Shown: piece by piece, positions 46,570 through 55,714 of the stretch
Numbering within the stretch: position 1 is the first letter of the stretch
Layout of the letters: each line of letters opens with the position of its first letter
From: Planctomycetota bacterium
Lineage (GTDB): Bacteria; Planctomycetota; UBA8108; SXIK01
Direction: 5' to 3'
NCBI GenBank assembly: GCA_965223265.1
Contig: OZ244999.1
Coordinates: 3,808,001-3,872,000, forward strand
Length of the DNA: 64,000 bases
Made by a program: the position numbers and the translations under genes
The notes under the pieces: generated by a model
What the model was told of the DNA's origin: nothing
Seen by the model: only the letters and a program-made list of their open reading frames with translations
Databases searched by the model: none

Positions 46570-49386
46570 TCAACGGCAAAGACGAAACTCGCACATCGTG
46601 AACGGGTCATCTGCGGTCGGATCCGCACCACACGTCGCCGGAGGAGCCAGCGGCGTGTTGCCGCGAAATAGGTGATTGAGAACATTCACCATATCGGCGA
46701 GATCGAACACGGCGTCATCGTTGGTGTCGCATGCGTCACGACACGTGGGTTGATCGCCGCCCGCGAAGAGCGAGGTCAAACCGAAGATACCGTCTGATAT
46801 GTCGATGACGCCGTCGACATTGCAATCGCCACGTCGAAACGGATCGCTCCCGGTAGCGATCGCCGTGGCGCCGACGATCGCCCTCACGGTCGCTGGAGTT
46901 CCTCGCGAATTCCTCAGCGAGAATTCCACGCTCGTCTCCGATCGGCCGGGCAGCCCCATGCGAAAGTGCCGACCTGGCGCGAGCACCACGTCGCGATCGA
47001 AAATGGCGACGCTCGCTCCGTCTAGGCGAGCCCTAATCTCCAGCGGCAAAGCGCCGACGGTGTCGAGATTGACCAGCGTCAGATAGTAGTCGATGCTTCC
47101 GGCACCAAACGTTCGTCCAGCGACCACTCTTGGCACGGCCGTCGTGGCGTTGCCAGCCAGGGAAAGCTCTGTCTCCAGAAGCTGCTCCGTCAGCAAATTC
47201 GGGTGAGCGACGACGCTCTCTTGCACGATGAGTCCGTCTCCAAGAATCGACAAGCTCGCGCCCGTCGGGTGAGAGATCACGGGCAGCTCCGAAATCGGAT
47301 GGAATGTGGCGCCGATGCCGACGTCAGCGAAAAATGCCGTCGCAAGACCGAGAACCGACGCGCTGTCAGGGGACGGGCCAAGACCGACAAACTCGCTTCC
47401 TCGAAGAAGACTTTGAGAAAACCCCACGAACTTCGCCGCCGTCGCCGAGTCGCGACCAAACGGGGTCGACAGATAAGCATCCGTGAACACCGGCTTGAAC
47501 GTGTCCGACCCGCCCACCAAGAGGCTGCCACCAGGCAGCACGCACACCGCCCGTCCTGTCACCTGGAGAGCTTCGAACCCCGACAGAGCGCGATGCGGAA
47601 CCGGCACACGCGCCACGGCGGTCAGATCCTGTCCGCTAAGATCGAACCTCACCAAGACGTGCCGGTCCGCACCACCGACCCGCTCGCGCCCGTACGCAAC
47701 GAAGTACGTCTCGCCGTTTCCTTCGTGAACGTCCCAACTGTCGAAGACAACGCCAGAAGCGACGGCACCAGTGTCGACTGCATCGACGCGCATCAGCGCC
47801 GTTCCCTTCTGCTCACCGTCGACGGCAAAGAACGCAGCGCTCGGCTGTCCGCCATTGTCGAAACCATTTGAATCTAGAACCGCGAGTGCCCCGGCATCGT
47901 CCAAAGTCATGAAGGCGATGCCCACGCCGCCTCCCGCGATCGACGGCTCTCTCAACGTCAGTACATCCGTCGATTCCAAGGCGTGGTCAAAGACGCTGAC
48001 GAAGGCACTGGGAATCGCCGGAATGTATTGATAGAGCCGAAAGTCATCTACGCTGGCTGGCGTCTTGGTCGCAGCCAAGTCCCGATAGTCACCGTTAGGG
48101 AGCGGAATGCCGTCGAATTCGATCTCGGGCAACCCGACCGTCTGCGTGTTGCTGAATTCGCACGCTGGCGTCACGGCACCCCGGAGACCACCCCGCGACG
48201 TCGCTACGCTGACGAAGAGCTTTCCGACCAGGGGGCCCTCGGAGACATAGCTGGTGGCATTCGGCGGCAGAGTCGCGATCTCCACTCCGTTTTCGATCAC
48301 CACGACTTCATCGATCCCAGCCTGGGTGGGAGGCGACCAACTGAGCTCGTAGCGTCTGAGCTCGTCGTCAAAGTCGCACGTCAGTGCCACCGGCTCTAGG
48401 ACAGACTCAAACTCCAGATCATACGAGATCGCCGCTTCTGCCGGGAGATTCACTGAGAAGAGGGTCGGCTGCTCATTGACTGCACCGACCGCCAAATGAG
48501 CGAAAGTGAGTTCGTTGACTCCGGTCGCGACTGCACCTGAAAGATCGATCATGCGACCGGAATAGCCAGCGTCAGAGGCGCGATACTCCGCGACACGCGG
48601 TGTCCGCCATGCGTCGACGATCCCTGCAGTCGCCAAAAACGTGTCGTCGCTGTTGAAGGCAAGGCCGACTCCTGAGCCGCGAGGCTGGTTGCCAAGCAAC
48701 CACGGACCAATCGTGAAGTGAGGCACGCCAAGCAGCGGAAAGGGGCCATCCGTGACCGAGAAAAAGAAGTCGAGAAAATATACAGCATGCGTGTCTGAGT
48801 CGTAGACGACGATCTGCTCAGCGCTGGGATGAAACGCCATCGACGTCAATCGAGCGCCTTGGGTCCCTTCGACGAGAACGAATTCCGCGATCATGCTTCC
48901 GTCGTTATCAAAGACTCCGACGTGCGGATCAGGGCTCTGCTGCAGGAACGCGTTATCGATCAAAAGCGCGTTGTTGCCGCTGGCGCCGCCGATTGGAATC
49001 TCGGCGAGACCAAGCGCAACGCCGTTGGCAAACTCTTCCGGCAAACTGAATTCGACACGTCGCGGCGTCGCAAGATCGGCAGCGGGAAATGCCAAAACGA
49101 ACGGCGCCGCCGCGCTGTGAGCGTCAAGGACCCAAAACTCTTCGAGCTGAGTCTTGTACGTAGCGTCCACCGCGCTGAGATCCCACGCGAACTGTGTACC
49201 GGCCGCCGAGTTGGTCGCACTGCGACTTCGCACCTCGGCCGGCGCTGCCGCAGCCGGATTCGCGACAGCGAGCGAGCACGAGATCACCAGTAGAGCAACC
49301 ATCCCGGATCGACGCCGCGGCGTGGACACCCACGCCGGCGACGAATCGTGGCCGCACGAAACTGCGCTGCTTGCCCGACACCCCAT
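46570..49386 (-). CDS. Exported beta-rich protein with C-terminal dockerin-like domain
   Basis: GGAGG RBS; signal ..LAVANPAAA; tail FRRGDCNVDGVIDISD...CRDACDTNDDAVFDLAD (two EF-hand-like Ca loops). Confidence 0.82.
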   Translation of the reverse strand: MGCRASSAVSCGHDSSPAWVSTPRRRSGMVALLVISCSLAVANPAAAAPAEVRSRSATNSAAGTQFAWDLSAVDATYKTQLEEFWVLDAHSAAAPFVLAFPAADLATPRRVEFSLPEEFANGVALGLAEIPIGGASGNNALLIDNAFLQQSPDPHVGVFDNDGSMIAEFVLVEGTQGARLTSMAFHPSAEQIVVYDSDTHAVYFLDFFFSVTDGPFPLLGVPHFTIGPWLLGNQPRGSGVGLAFNSDDTFLATAGIVDAWRTPRVAEYRASDAGYSGRMIDLSGAVATGVNELTFAHLAVGAVNEQPTLFSVNLPAEAAISYDLEFESVLEPVALTCDFDDELRRYELSWSPPTQAGIDEVVVIENGVEIATLPPNATSYVSEGPLVGKLFVSVATSRGGLRGAVTPACEFSNTQTVGLPEIEFDGIPLPNGDYRDLAATKTPASVDDFRLYQYIPAIPSAFVSVFDHALESTDVLTLREPSIAGGGVGIAFMTLDDAGALAVLDSNGFDNGGQPSAAFFAVDGEQKGTALMRVDAVDTGAVASGVVFDSWDVHEGNGETYFVAYGRERVGGADRHVLVRFDLSGQDLTAVARVPVPHRALSGFEALQVTGRAVCVLPGGSLLVGGSDTFKPVFTDAYLSTPFGRDSATAAKFVGFSQSLLRGSEFVGLGPSPDSASVLGLATAFFADVGIGATFHPISELPVISHPTGASLSILGDGLIVQESVVAHPNLLTEQLLETELSLAGNATTAVPRVVAGRTFGAGSIDYYLTLVNLDTVGALPLEIRARLDGASVAIFDRDVVLAPGRHFRMGLPGRSETSVEFSLRNSRGTPATVRAIVGATAIATGSDPFRRGDCNVDGVIDISDGIFGLTSLFAGGDQPTCRDACDTNDDAVFDLADMVNVLNHLFRGNTPLAPPATCGADPTADDPFTMCEFRLCR

Positions 49387-49798
49387 ACTTCTCGCCTCCC
49401 TTTTGACGCCGCTTCCGCCCCGGCTGCGTGGATTGGTCCTCGTGTGTCAGTCCCCACCTGCAGAGAATGTGACGGGACACTACCGCTCGCGCCAATGGTG
49501 CAGGCACTGTCCGACAGGCGGAGCAGAGCGATCCCAACGGGCGAGTGAAAGCGATCAACTGAACGATTCGTCCACGCGAACTCTTCGTGCTCCTGAGTGG
49601 ACATTCGTCGCCAGTCCTTGCGTCGGGCCACAGCGCCGACAGGCCTCAGGCAATCAATTTGGAGAACGTTTAGAGGGACTTCCGCGCGGAACAGTTGCGA
49701 TTGTACCACCCGCTGGACTGCCGTCAAAAGTTTCACAAACTTCGACGGTGATCAAGGTGCAGGCCGTCCGTCCGAGCGCGGGCGCGAGCGCCGCGATG

Positions 49799-49920
49799 CC
49801 GCGGCGAGCCTCGCCGTTTATATCCTATCGAAGAGGGCTCGGAGATTACGACGTTCGCCGCGGCCGATCTGGACGCAGAGCGATCAATTCTCGACTCGAA
49901 GCACTTTTTCAGGCAGGCTG
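49799..49920 (+). mobile_element. 5'-truncated MITE copy (long variant)
   Basis: ...GGCTCGGAGATTAC...GATCTGGACGC...GCACTTTTTCAGGCAGGCTG|CTAA. Confidence 0.85.
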
Positions 49921-50019
49921 CTAACGCGAGCCGCCTCGTCCAGTTAGCGGTGGAATCGAAGAACGATCGCGGCGCTGTCCACATAAGGGAGGTACGGCGG
50001 GCGCTCGTCGGCAGAGGGG

Positions 50020-50061
50020 GTCACTGCACGGTCGTCACTGCACGGTCGTCACTGCACGGTC
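50020..50061. repeat. 3 x 14-bp perfect tandem repeat spanning the lipoprotein stop codon
   Basis: GTCACTGCACGGTC x3. Confidence 0.92.
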
Positions 50062-50771
50062 ACCGCGCCGGGGTCGGTGTCACCGGCGCCGTCGAAACGC
50101 AGCGAGGTCTTGCTCCGATTCTTCTCTTTCAATCGCACCAGTCGGGATCGGACGATCGGAGCGTAACGCGAGTCGGCGTGCCGATCGAGGAAGTCCTCGT
50201 AGGCGGCAATGTTGTCATGGCCGGCAGCGTCGAGGTATTCGAGGCGAACGATCGCCAAACGCGCATCATCGGCATGCTCTCCGTCAGGGAACTGAACCAG
50301 ATAGCTCTCGAAGGCGAGAGCAGTGTTTTGTCTGGCTGCAGAACGAAAGGTCAGCTCCTCGAGGCGCGTTCGAGCATCGCGGGCAAGGCTGCCATCGGGA
50401 ACTTCCCGGAGGAACTTGCGGTATGCAGCTGTCGTGTCGTCATCGGCGGCGCGTTGGTAAAGAAACCGCGTACGAGCTTTGCGAGCCTTGTCTGCGAAGC
50501 GGCCGTTGGGATACTCCCTGAGATAGTCGTCCATCTCGTCCGGGTCGCCTGACTTCAACTTCTTTTCGAAGTAGAGCTCCTCGACCTTGTCGTAGGCTTC
50601 GTCGGCATACTTTCCGTCTGGGTACTGCTGCAAGTATTCCCTGAAACCGTGAATCGTGTTGTCAGCTAGAGCGTCGTGGTAGAGCTCCCGTTCGATGCAT
50701 GAGGTCAGCGTCATCAAGAGAAGTGACGCGACACCGACAGTCCGAAGCGGCGAATCAAAGCGCGAAGCCAT
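50049..50771 (-). CDS. Lipoprotein with ~31-aa helical repeats
   Basis: AGGAGG RBS, lipobox LTSC, about five Y/FL..YP.G.Y/FA..A repeats. Confidence 0.85.
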   Translation of the reverse strand: MASRFDSPLRTVGVASLLLMTLTSCIERELYHDALADNTIHGFREYLQQYPDGKYADEAYDKVEELYFEKKLKSGDPDEMDDYLREYPNGRFADKARKARTRFLYQRAADDDTTAAYRKFLREVPDGSLARDARTRLEELTFRSAARQNTALAFESYLVQFPDGEHADDARLAIVRLEYLDAAGHDNIAAYEDFLDRHADSRYAPIVRSRLVRLKEKNRSKTSLRFDGAGDTDPGAVTVQ

Positions 50772-51389
50772 AAGAACCTCCTAACAGAGGAAGTGATTCC
50801 GTTGGTGTAGCTCCCAAGTGCGGCGCAAAACCGTGACGAGTCGCTCCGACGAGTGGTTCTGACGAGTCACCGCCTCGGCCGACGGCGCGTAGCGCCGAGC
50901 TGCACGTACAGGCGCTCAGACGTCGCTCCCGGTACGCGAGAGACTCGAAAGTGTCTGTGGGCGTAGTCCGCACCTTCTGACTCGCCATGTTCGCAGGCAA
51001 TTGGGTGAGTTACGCACGCGCTCATTCCAAGCGATCCGTGCCTTCTGTCCGCGGGCGGCCCCTCAGCCGGTGGGAGGCCGGTGCGACGCGAATCAACGTC
51101 GGCCGCACACCGCACCGATGATTTCGGCACTTCAGCACCGGAAGTTGAGGTTTTTCGGGCTCTGGGTCTTCAATCTTTCCTCGAAGCGATGACGAGCCTT
51201 GGAAAGCGCGTGTTGCGCAAAATCGCGAGCTGGGCGGCGGCGCAGGCACACGGTGCTCATCGGCCGCGCCCGTGCCAAAGAGCCGCCGGCATGGTGACTC
51301 GGCGGCGGCCGACATTCCGAGAATGCCCAAACGAACCCACGCGGCACTTAGAAGGTCGGGAGGGCGCGTCACGGATCACGAGACCAGTC

Positions 51390-53006
51390 GGGTGACCGTC
51401 TCGTATTTCGAATTTGCGGCACATCTCACGCTGCTTGCGGTCGGTGTTGACGCTGGCCATCGACTCGGATCTCGGCTTTGTAGGAACGAGCGAGAACGTC
51501 CCAGGCATTGTCCCACCGAGTGCTTTGGAGAAGACTTCGAAGCGTCAGAATCGCCTGTCCGCCGCGTAGCGTCCAACGCATGCCGGACTGCTTGAGCCGC
51601 TCGCTCACGAGGGTCTTGCACGCGGCCTCTACCACGCCGCTTCCGATCGGCAAGCACGCTTCCTTGTAGGCGTGGTATTCCATTCCATTTCGCATCGAAC
51701 GGAAATATTTCAGTGCGGCTGTCAACGTCTTACGAGCTTTGCCGTCAGCCTTGTCCCGTCGATACCGCACAGCACGGATGATTTTGTCGGCCCCCTGGGG
51801 ATCCTCCTTCAGTGTGGTTCTCCACGACTGGAAGAATGCCCGGGCTTCCGGAGTTTCAGTCCCGTAGACCGCATCGGCGGCTTCCTTCAGATGCGCTGCA
51901 GCGTGATAGAAGTCGAGGATTTCGACTCCGCAACCGTCTCCAAGTTCCTGCAAGAACTCCCAATTGTCCGGAGCACCGTCGGCGATCTTCACCACGGTAA
52001 GGTCGGGACGTTGCTCCATCGCCCAGGTGAACTCCGCCTCCAACTGCGCCTTCAGAGTTCGCTTCTTGCTCTCTGGCATCCTCGCGAAGCGAACCGTCGA
52101 GATTCGCTTGCCGTCCTTGTCCAGGTACGTCACCGTCCCGCAGCTTGCCTCGCGATAACCGTTCTTGTTGTTCGGATCATGCTGCACCTCCTCCTTCTTC
52201 AGTGGCACGTGTACGCCGTCGAGGGAAACGGCGATGACGGAAGCTTCGGTCGGCACGCGGTCCTGGCTGCGAAGGGTTTCCTCCCAATCCAATCGGTGCG
52301 CCTCCCAATCCTCCGAGAGAAGTTTTGGTAGTCGATCCAAACTGCTGCTCGACGGAGCCATGCCACCAAATTCAGCAATGATGCTCGCGGCGTCACTCGG
52401 AGGAATTTCGGCCACCATGGTCGCCATGATCCGTGCCGCTCGCGGGGTCCACGCCCCCTCGACAATGCCGCTTCGCAATTCCAGGGGGCAGACCGAAGGG
52501 CCTCCGCCGATGGGTTGGTAGACGTTCCTTTCGACCTTCATCGATCCAGACTGCCCAACGTACGTCTGCTCGGCGCGAAACGCTTTGCGGTGGCGGACGC
52601 CGTCCACCCGGATGTACTTGGCCTCCACGTCGTGTCGAACGAGATCCTCGGCGAGCAACTCCGTCTCACACACGGACATCAGACGGTGAACTTCCCGCTC
52701 GTGCTCCTCGAAGTCCCCACACTCGCCGATCGGTTGCGACCGGTGCTCGCGAAGATAGTTCCGCAATGCTTCGAAGGCAGGGGTATCGAGCGCGTCGTCA
52801 TCGATGTAATCTCTCTTCATCTTGGGCATCCTTTCGTAGTCGAACACTTTTTTGCGAGCGTCCTTCTACCAAAGGCTCTGCCCATTTCATCGAAAATTCA
52901 TCGACACGCCCTGCTTCCGCGTTTCGCACTGCGACCAATTTGTCACGAAGCAGGGCGTTCGTCATCGTAAGTCCTTATGCGATCATCAAATGCGAGATGG
53001 CCACCC
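51390..53006 (-). mobile_element. Insertion sequence, ISKra4/Mutator-like (1617 bp) with 8-bp target duplication
   Basis: Imperfect TIRs GGGTGACCGTCTCGTATTT / GGGTGGCCATCTCGCATTT. Direct repeat GACCAGTC at 51382-51389 and 53007-53014. Confidence 0.93.
51426..52820 (-). CDS. ISKra4-like (UPF0236) DDE transposase
   Basis: SLDG, IADGA, LDFYHA (Mutator C/D(2)H motif), PIGSGVVEAACK, RLKQSGMRW. Confidence 0.93.
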   Translation of the reverse strand: MKRDYIDDDALDTPAFEALRNYLREHRSQPIGECGDFEEHEREVHRLMSVCETELLAEDLVRHDVEAKYIRVDGVRHRKAFRAEQTYVGQSGSMKVERNVYQPIGGGPSVCPLELRSGIVEGAWTPRAARIMATMVAEIPPSDAASIIAEFGGMAPSSSSLDRLPKLLSEDWEAHRLDWEETLRSQDRVPTEASVIAVSLDGVHVPLKKEEVQHDPNNKNGYREASCGTVTYLDKDGKRISTVRFARMPESKKRTLKAQLEAEFTWAMEQRPDLTVVKIADGAPDNWEFLQELGDGCGVEILDFYHAAAHLKEAADAVYGTETPEARAFFQSWRTTLKEDPQGADKIIRAVRYRRDKADGKARKTLTAALKYFRSMRNGMEYHAYKEACLPIGSGVVEAACKTLVSERLKQSGMRWTLRGGQAILTLRSLLQSTRWDNAWDVLARSYKAEIRVDGQRQHRPQAA

Positions 53007-53024
53007 GACCAGTCGGCCTCCTAA

Positions 53025-53183
53025 CAGCCCGTTGAAAAAGTCATTCGGCCGAGAAACTGGCCTCTTCACGCCCAGATCGACCGCGGCGAGCCTCGAAAAT
53101 CTCGGAGATTACCTACGTTCGCCGCGGCCGATCTGGACGCGAAGCGACCAGTTTTCGACTCGAAGCACTTTTTCAACAGGCTG
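53025..53183 (+). mobile_element. Palindromic MITE, reference copy (159 bp), 4-bp CTAA direct repeat
   Basis: CTAA|CAGCCCGTTGAAAAAG...CTTTTTCAACAGGCTG|CTAA. Confidence 0.92.
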
Positions 53184-53211
53184 CTAACCCAAACGCTAGG
53201 TTGAAGATTGA

Positions 53212-53376
53212 CAGGGCCGTTCGACAGCGAGCCCACCGCCGTTTCACGCCATATCGGCCGAGACGAACTTCCCCAGCTGATCTCTCAAAAACGGGATCGG
53301 AGATCGCTTCCGCTCGACGCGGCCGATCTGGACGCGACGCAACCATTCCAGCTCGGAGCACTTTTTCAGCGGGCCG
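53212..53376 (+). mobile_element. Diverged MITE copy in tandem
   Basis: Retains CGCGGCCGATCTGGACGCGA and GCACTTTTTCAGCGGGCCG right end. Confidence 0.7.
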
Positions 53377-53601
53377 CCGGGACATGACAAGGCGACGCGC
53401 GATTTTCGCCGTCATTTCGCCCGCGGTGCGGTAAAGTATCGGATCGAGACGAAGACTTTCTCGACAGGGCGAATCCGCCAGGCGGGACAGCCGATGACTC
53501 GGGTGACCGCACACAGGTTTGGATGGCCCCGGCCTTCGAATCGGCCCCCATCCCGCACGCTGCGTGTCGTGGCTCATTCCCTCATCAACGGTCATCCTCT
53601 C

Positions 53602-55017
53602 ATGCCCCAGAATCTGCTCGAAAAAGTTTGGCAATCACACACCGTGCGTCGACTGGACAATGGTCAGACGCAGTTGTTCATCGGCCTTCATCTGATCCAC
53701 GAGGTCACGAGCCCACAAGCATTTCAGGATCTCCGGCAGCGCGGCCTGCGCGTCTTGAGGCCGGAACTCACGTTCGCCACCGTCGATCATATCGTGCCGA
53801 CCCATGACCAAGCTCGCCCCTTCGCCGACTCGCTCGCCGAAGAAATGATGGTGGCGATCGAGCAGAACTGTCGCGACTTCGACGTTTCCCTGTTCGGCCT
53901 CGACGATCAACGCCAAGGAATTGTCCATGTGGTCGGCCCGGAGCTCGGGCTGACTCAGCCGGGGATGACGATCGCCTGCGGCGACAGTCACACGTCGACG
54001 CACGGCGCCTTTGGGTCGATCGCGTTCGGCATCGGTACAAGCCAAGTGCGTGACGTTCTCGCTTCGCAGTGCCTGGCCATGGATCCACTGAAAGTGCGGC
54101 GCATCAACGTCAACGGATCGCTCGCTCCGGGCGTTTACGCTAAAGACGTCATCCTTTCGATCATTCACCGCCTCGGAGTTCAGGGAGGCGTCGGATACGC
54201 CTATGAATACGCCGGCGACGTGATTTCCGCCATGTCGATGGAAGAACGCATGTCCGTTTGCAACATGTCGATCGAAGGCGGCGCCCGGGTTGGTTACGTC
54301 AACCCAGACGAGACAACGTTCGAGTACCTCAAGGGACGCCCATTCGCGCCTCAGGGCGAGGCATGGCCACGCGCGCTTGAGTGGTGGAAAACCATCGCCT
54401 CCGATCCTGATGCCGCATTCGACGACGAGGTACACATCGACGGTAGCGCGCTGAGCCCCGTCGTCACATGGGGGATTCATCCGGGCCACTCCGTACCGGT
54501 GAACGCCGATCTGCCGAGCCCCGGCGACGCTGGAGACGGCGACCGTGCGTCACTCGCTGAAGCGTTCGAATTCATGCGCATGGAAGCGGGGCGTCCGATC
54601 GCTGGCACAAAGATCGATGTCGCCTTCATCGGCTCGTGCACTAACGGCCGCATCAGCGATCTCCGCGAAGCGGCCCGCGTTCTCCGAGGTCGTCGGGCGG
54701 CCTCGCACGTACGGGCGCTTGCGGTCCCGGGCTCTCAACAAGTTCGATCTCAGGCGGAGGCAGAGGGACTCGACGAGATCTTCCGCGACGCCGGGTTCGA
54801 GTGGCGTGAAGCGGGATGCTCGATGTGCCTAGCCATGAACCCGGACAAGTTACGCGGCAGCGAACTCTGCGCCAGCAGCTCCAACCGCAATTTCAAAGGA
54901 CGTCAAGGGAGCCCAACCGGACGAACGCTGTTGATGAGCCCAGCTATGGTGGCGGCTGCGGCGGTTGCCGGCGAAGTCACGGACGTGCGCGACCTCTTGG
55001 CTGTTGAAGTGAACTAA
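53602..55017 (+). CDS. leuC: 3-isopropylmalate dehydratase large subunit
   Basis: [53 protein letters not shown]. Confidence 0.98.
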   Translation: MPQNLLEKVWQSHTVRRLDNGQTQLFIGLHLIHEVTSPQAFQDLRQRGLRVLRPELTFATVDHIVPTHDQARPFADSLAEEMMVAIEQNCRDFDVSLFGLDDQRQGIVHVVGPELGLTQPGMTIACGDSHTSTHGAFGSIAFGIGTSQVRDVLASQCLAMDPLKVRRINVNGSLAPGVYAKDVILSIIHRLGVQGGVGYAYEYAGDVISAMSMEERMSVCNMSIEGGARVGYVNPDETTFEYLKGRPFAPQGEAWPRALEWWKTIASDPDAAFDDEVHIDGSALSPVVTWGIHPGHSVPVNADLPSPGDAGDGDRASLAEAFEFMRMEAGRPIAGTKIDVAFIGSCTNGRISDLREAARVLRGRRAASHVRALAVPGSQQVRSQAEAEGLDEIFRDAGFEWREAGCSMCLAMNPDKLRGSELCASSSNRNFKGRQGSPTGRTLLMSPAMVAAAAVAGEVTDVRDLLAVEVN

Positions 55018-55037
55018 GATTGAATCGACTGAAGACC

Positions 55038-55700
55038 ATGAAAAACGGTGCAGCGAATTCCTCAACCCCTACGGACGACGCCCTCAAAGATAGCGCCCCA
55101 AAAGGCAGCGCCAGCATCGAAAAAATCGTCGGCAGCGCCATCCCGGTGCGCGGCGACGACATCGACACCGACCGCATCATCCCGGCGCGATTTCTGCGCT
55201 GCGTCACGTTTGAAGGGCTCGGAGAACACGCCTTCGAAGACGATCGTCTGCAAGCTGCTGGTGAACATCCGTTTGACCAAAAGCGTTTCGGCGCGGCTCA
55301 GATTCTCGTCGTGAACCGCAATTTCGGCTGCGGCTCGTCACGCGAACACGCCCCCCAAAGCCTCATGCGGTGGGGGATTCAGGCCGTTATCGGCGAGTCG
55401 TTTGCCGAGATTTTTTTTGGCAACTGCGTTGCTCTCGGCATTCCGTGTGCGCGATTAGACCCGCAAGATGTGGCAGCCCTTCAGAATGAAGTCGAGAAGG
55501 ATGCAAACCTCGTCGTGGAACTGAATCTTCGAGACGCGTCTGTTCGCGCTGCGGAAAAGACGTTCGCTGCGACACTGCCGGAGGGAGTCCGTGACAGCTT
55601 TCTTCGGGGGACGTGGGACGCAACGCGTCTCCTGCTCGCTGACCCCGGCGACATTGCCGCCGTCGCAGAACGTTTGCCGTACGTCACGGGTTTTCGCTGA
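55038..55700 (+). CDS. leuD: 3-isopropylmalate dehydratase small subunit
   Basis: DIDTDRIIPARFL, NFGCGSSREHAP, SFAEIFFGN. Confidence 0.97.
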   Translation: MKNGAANSSTPTDDALKDSAPKGSASIEKIVGSAIPVRGDDIDTDRIIPARFLRCVTFEGLGEHAFEDDRLQAAGEHPFDQKRFGAAQILVVNRNFGCGSSREHAPQSLMRWGIQAVIGESFAEIFFGNCVALGIPCARLDPQDVAALQNEVEKDANLVVELNLRDASVRAAEKTFAATLPEGVRDSFLRGTWDATRLLLADPGDIAAVAERLPYVTGFR

Positions 55701-55714
55701 GGCTCGGCGTGGGG

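Noticed and set aside
50859-50955. Hammerhead ribozyme (CTGACGA...GAAA)
   Set aside because: Stem II register does not place GAAA directly after the stem, and no convincing stems I/III are present.
53384-53434. leu attenuator leader peptide ([16 protein letters not shown])
   Set aside because: No Leu codons, no clear RBS and no terminator with a U-tract before leuC.
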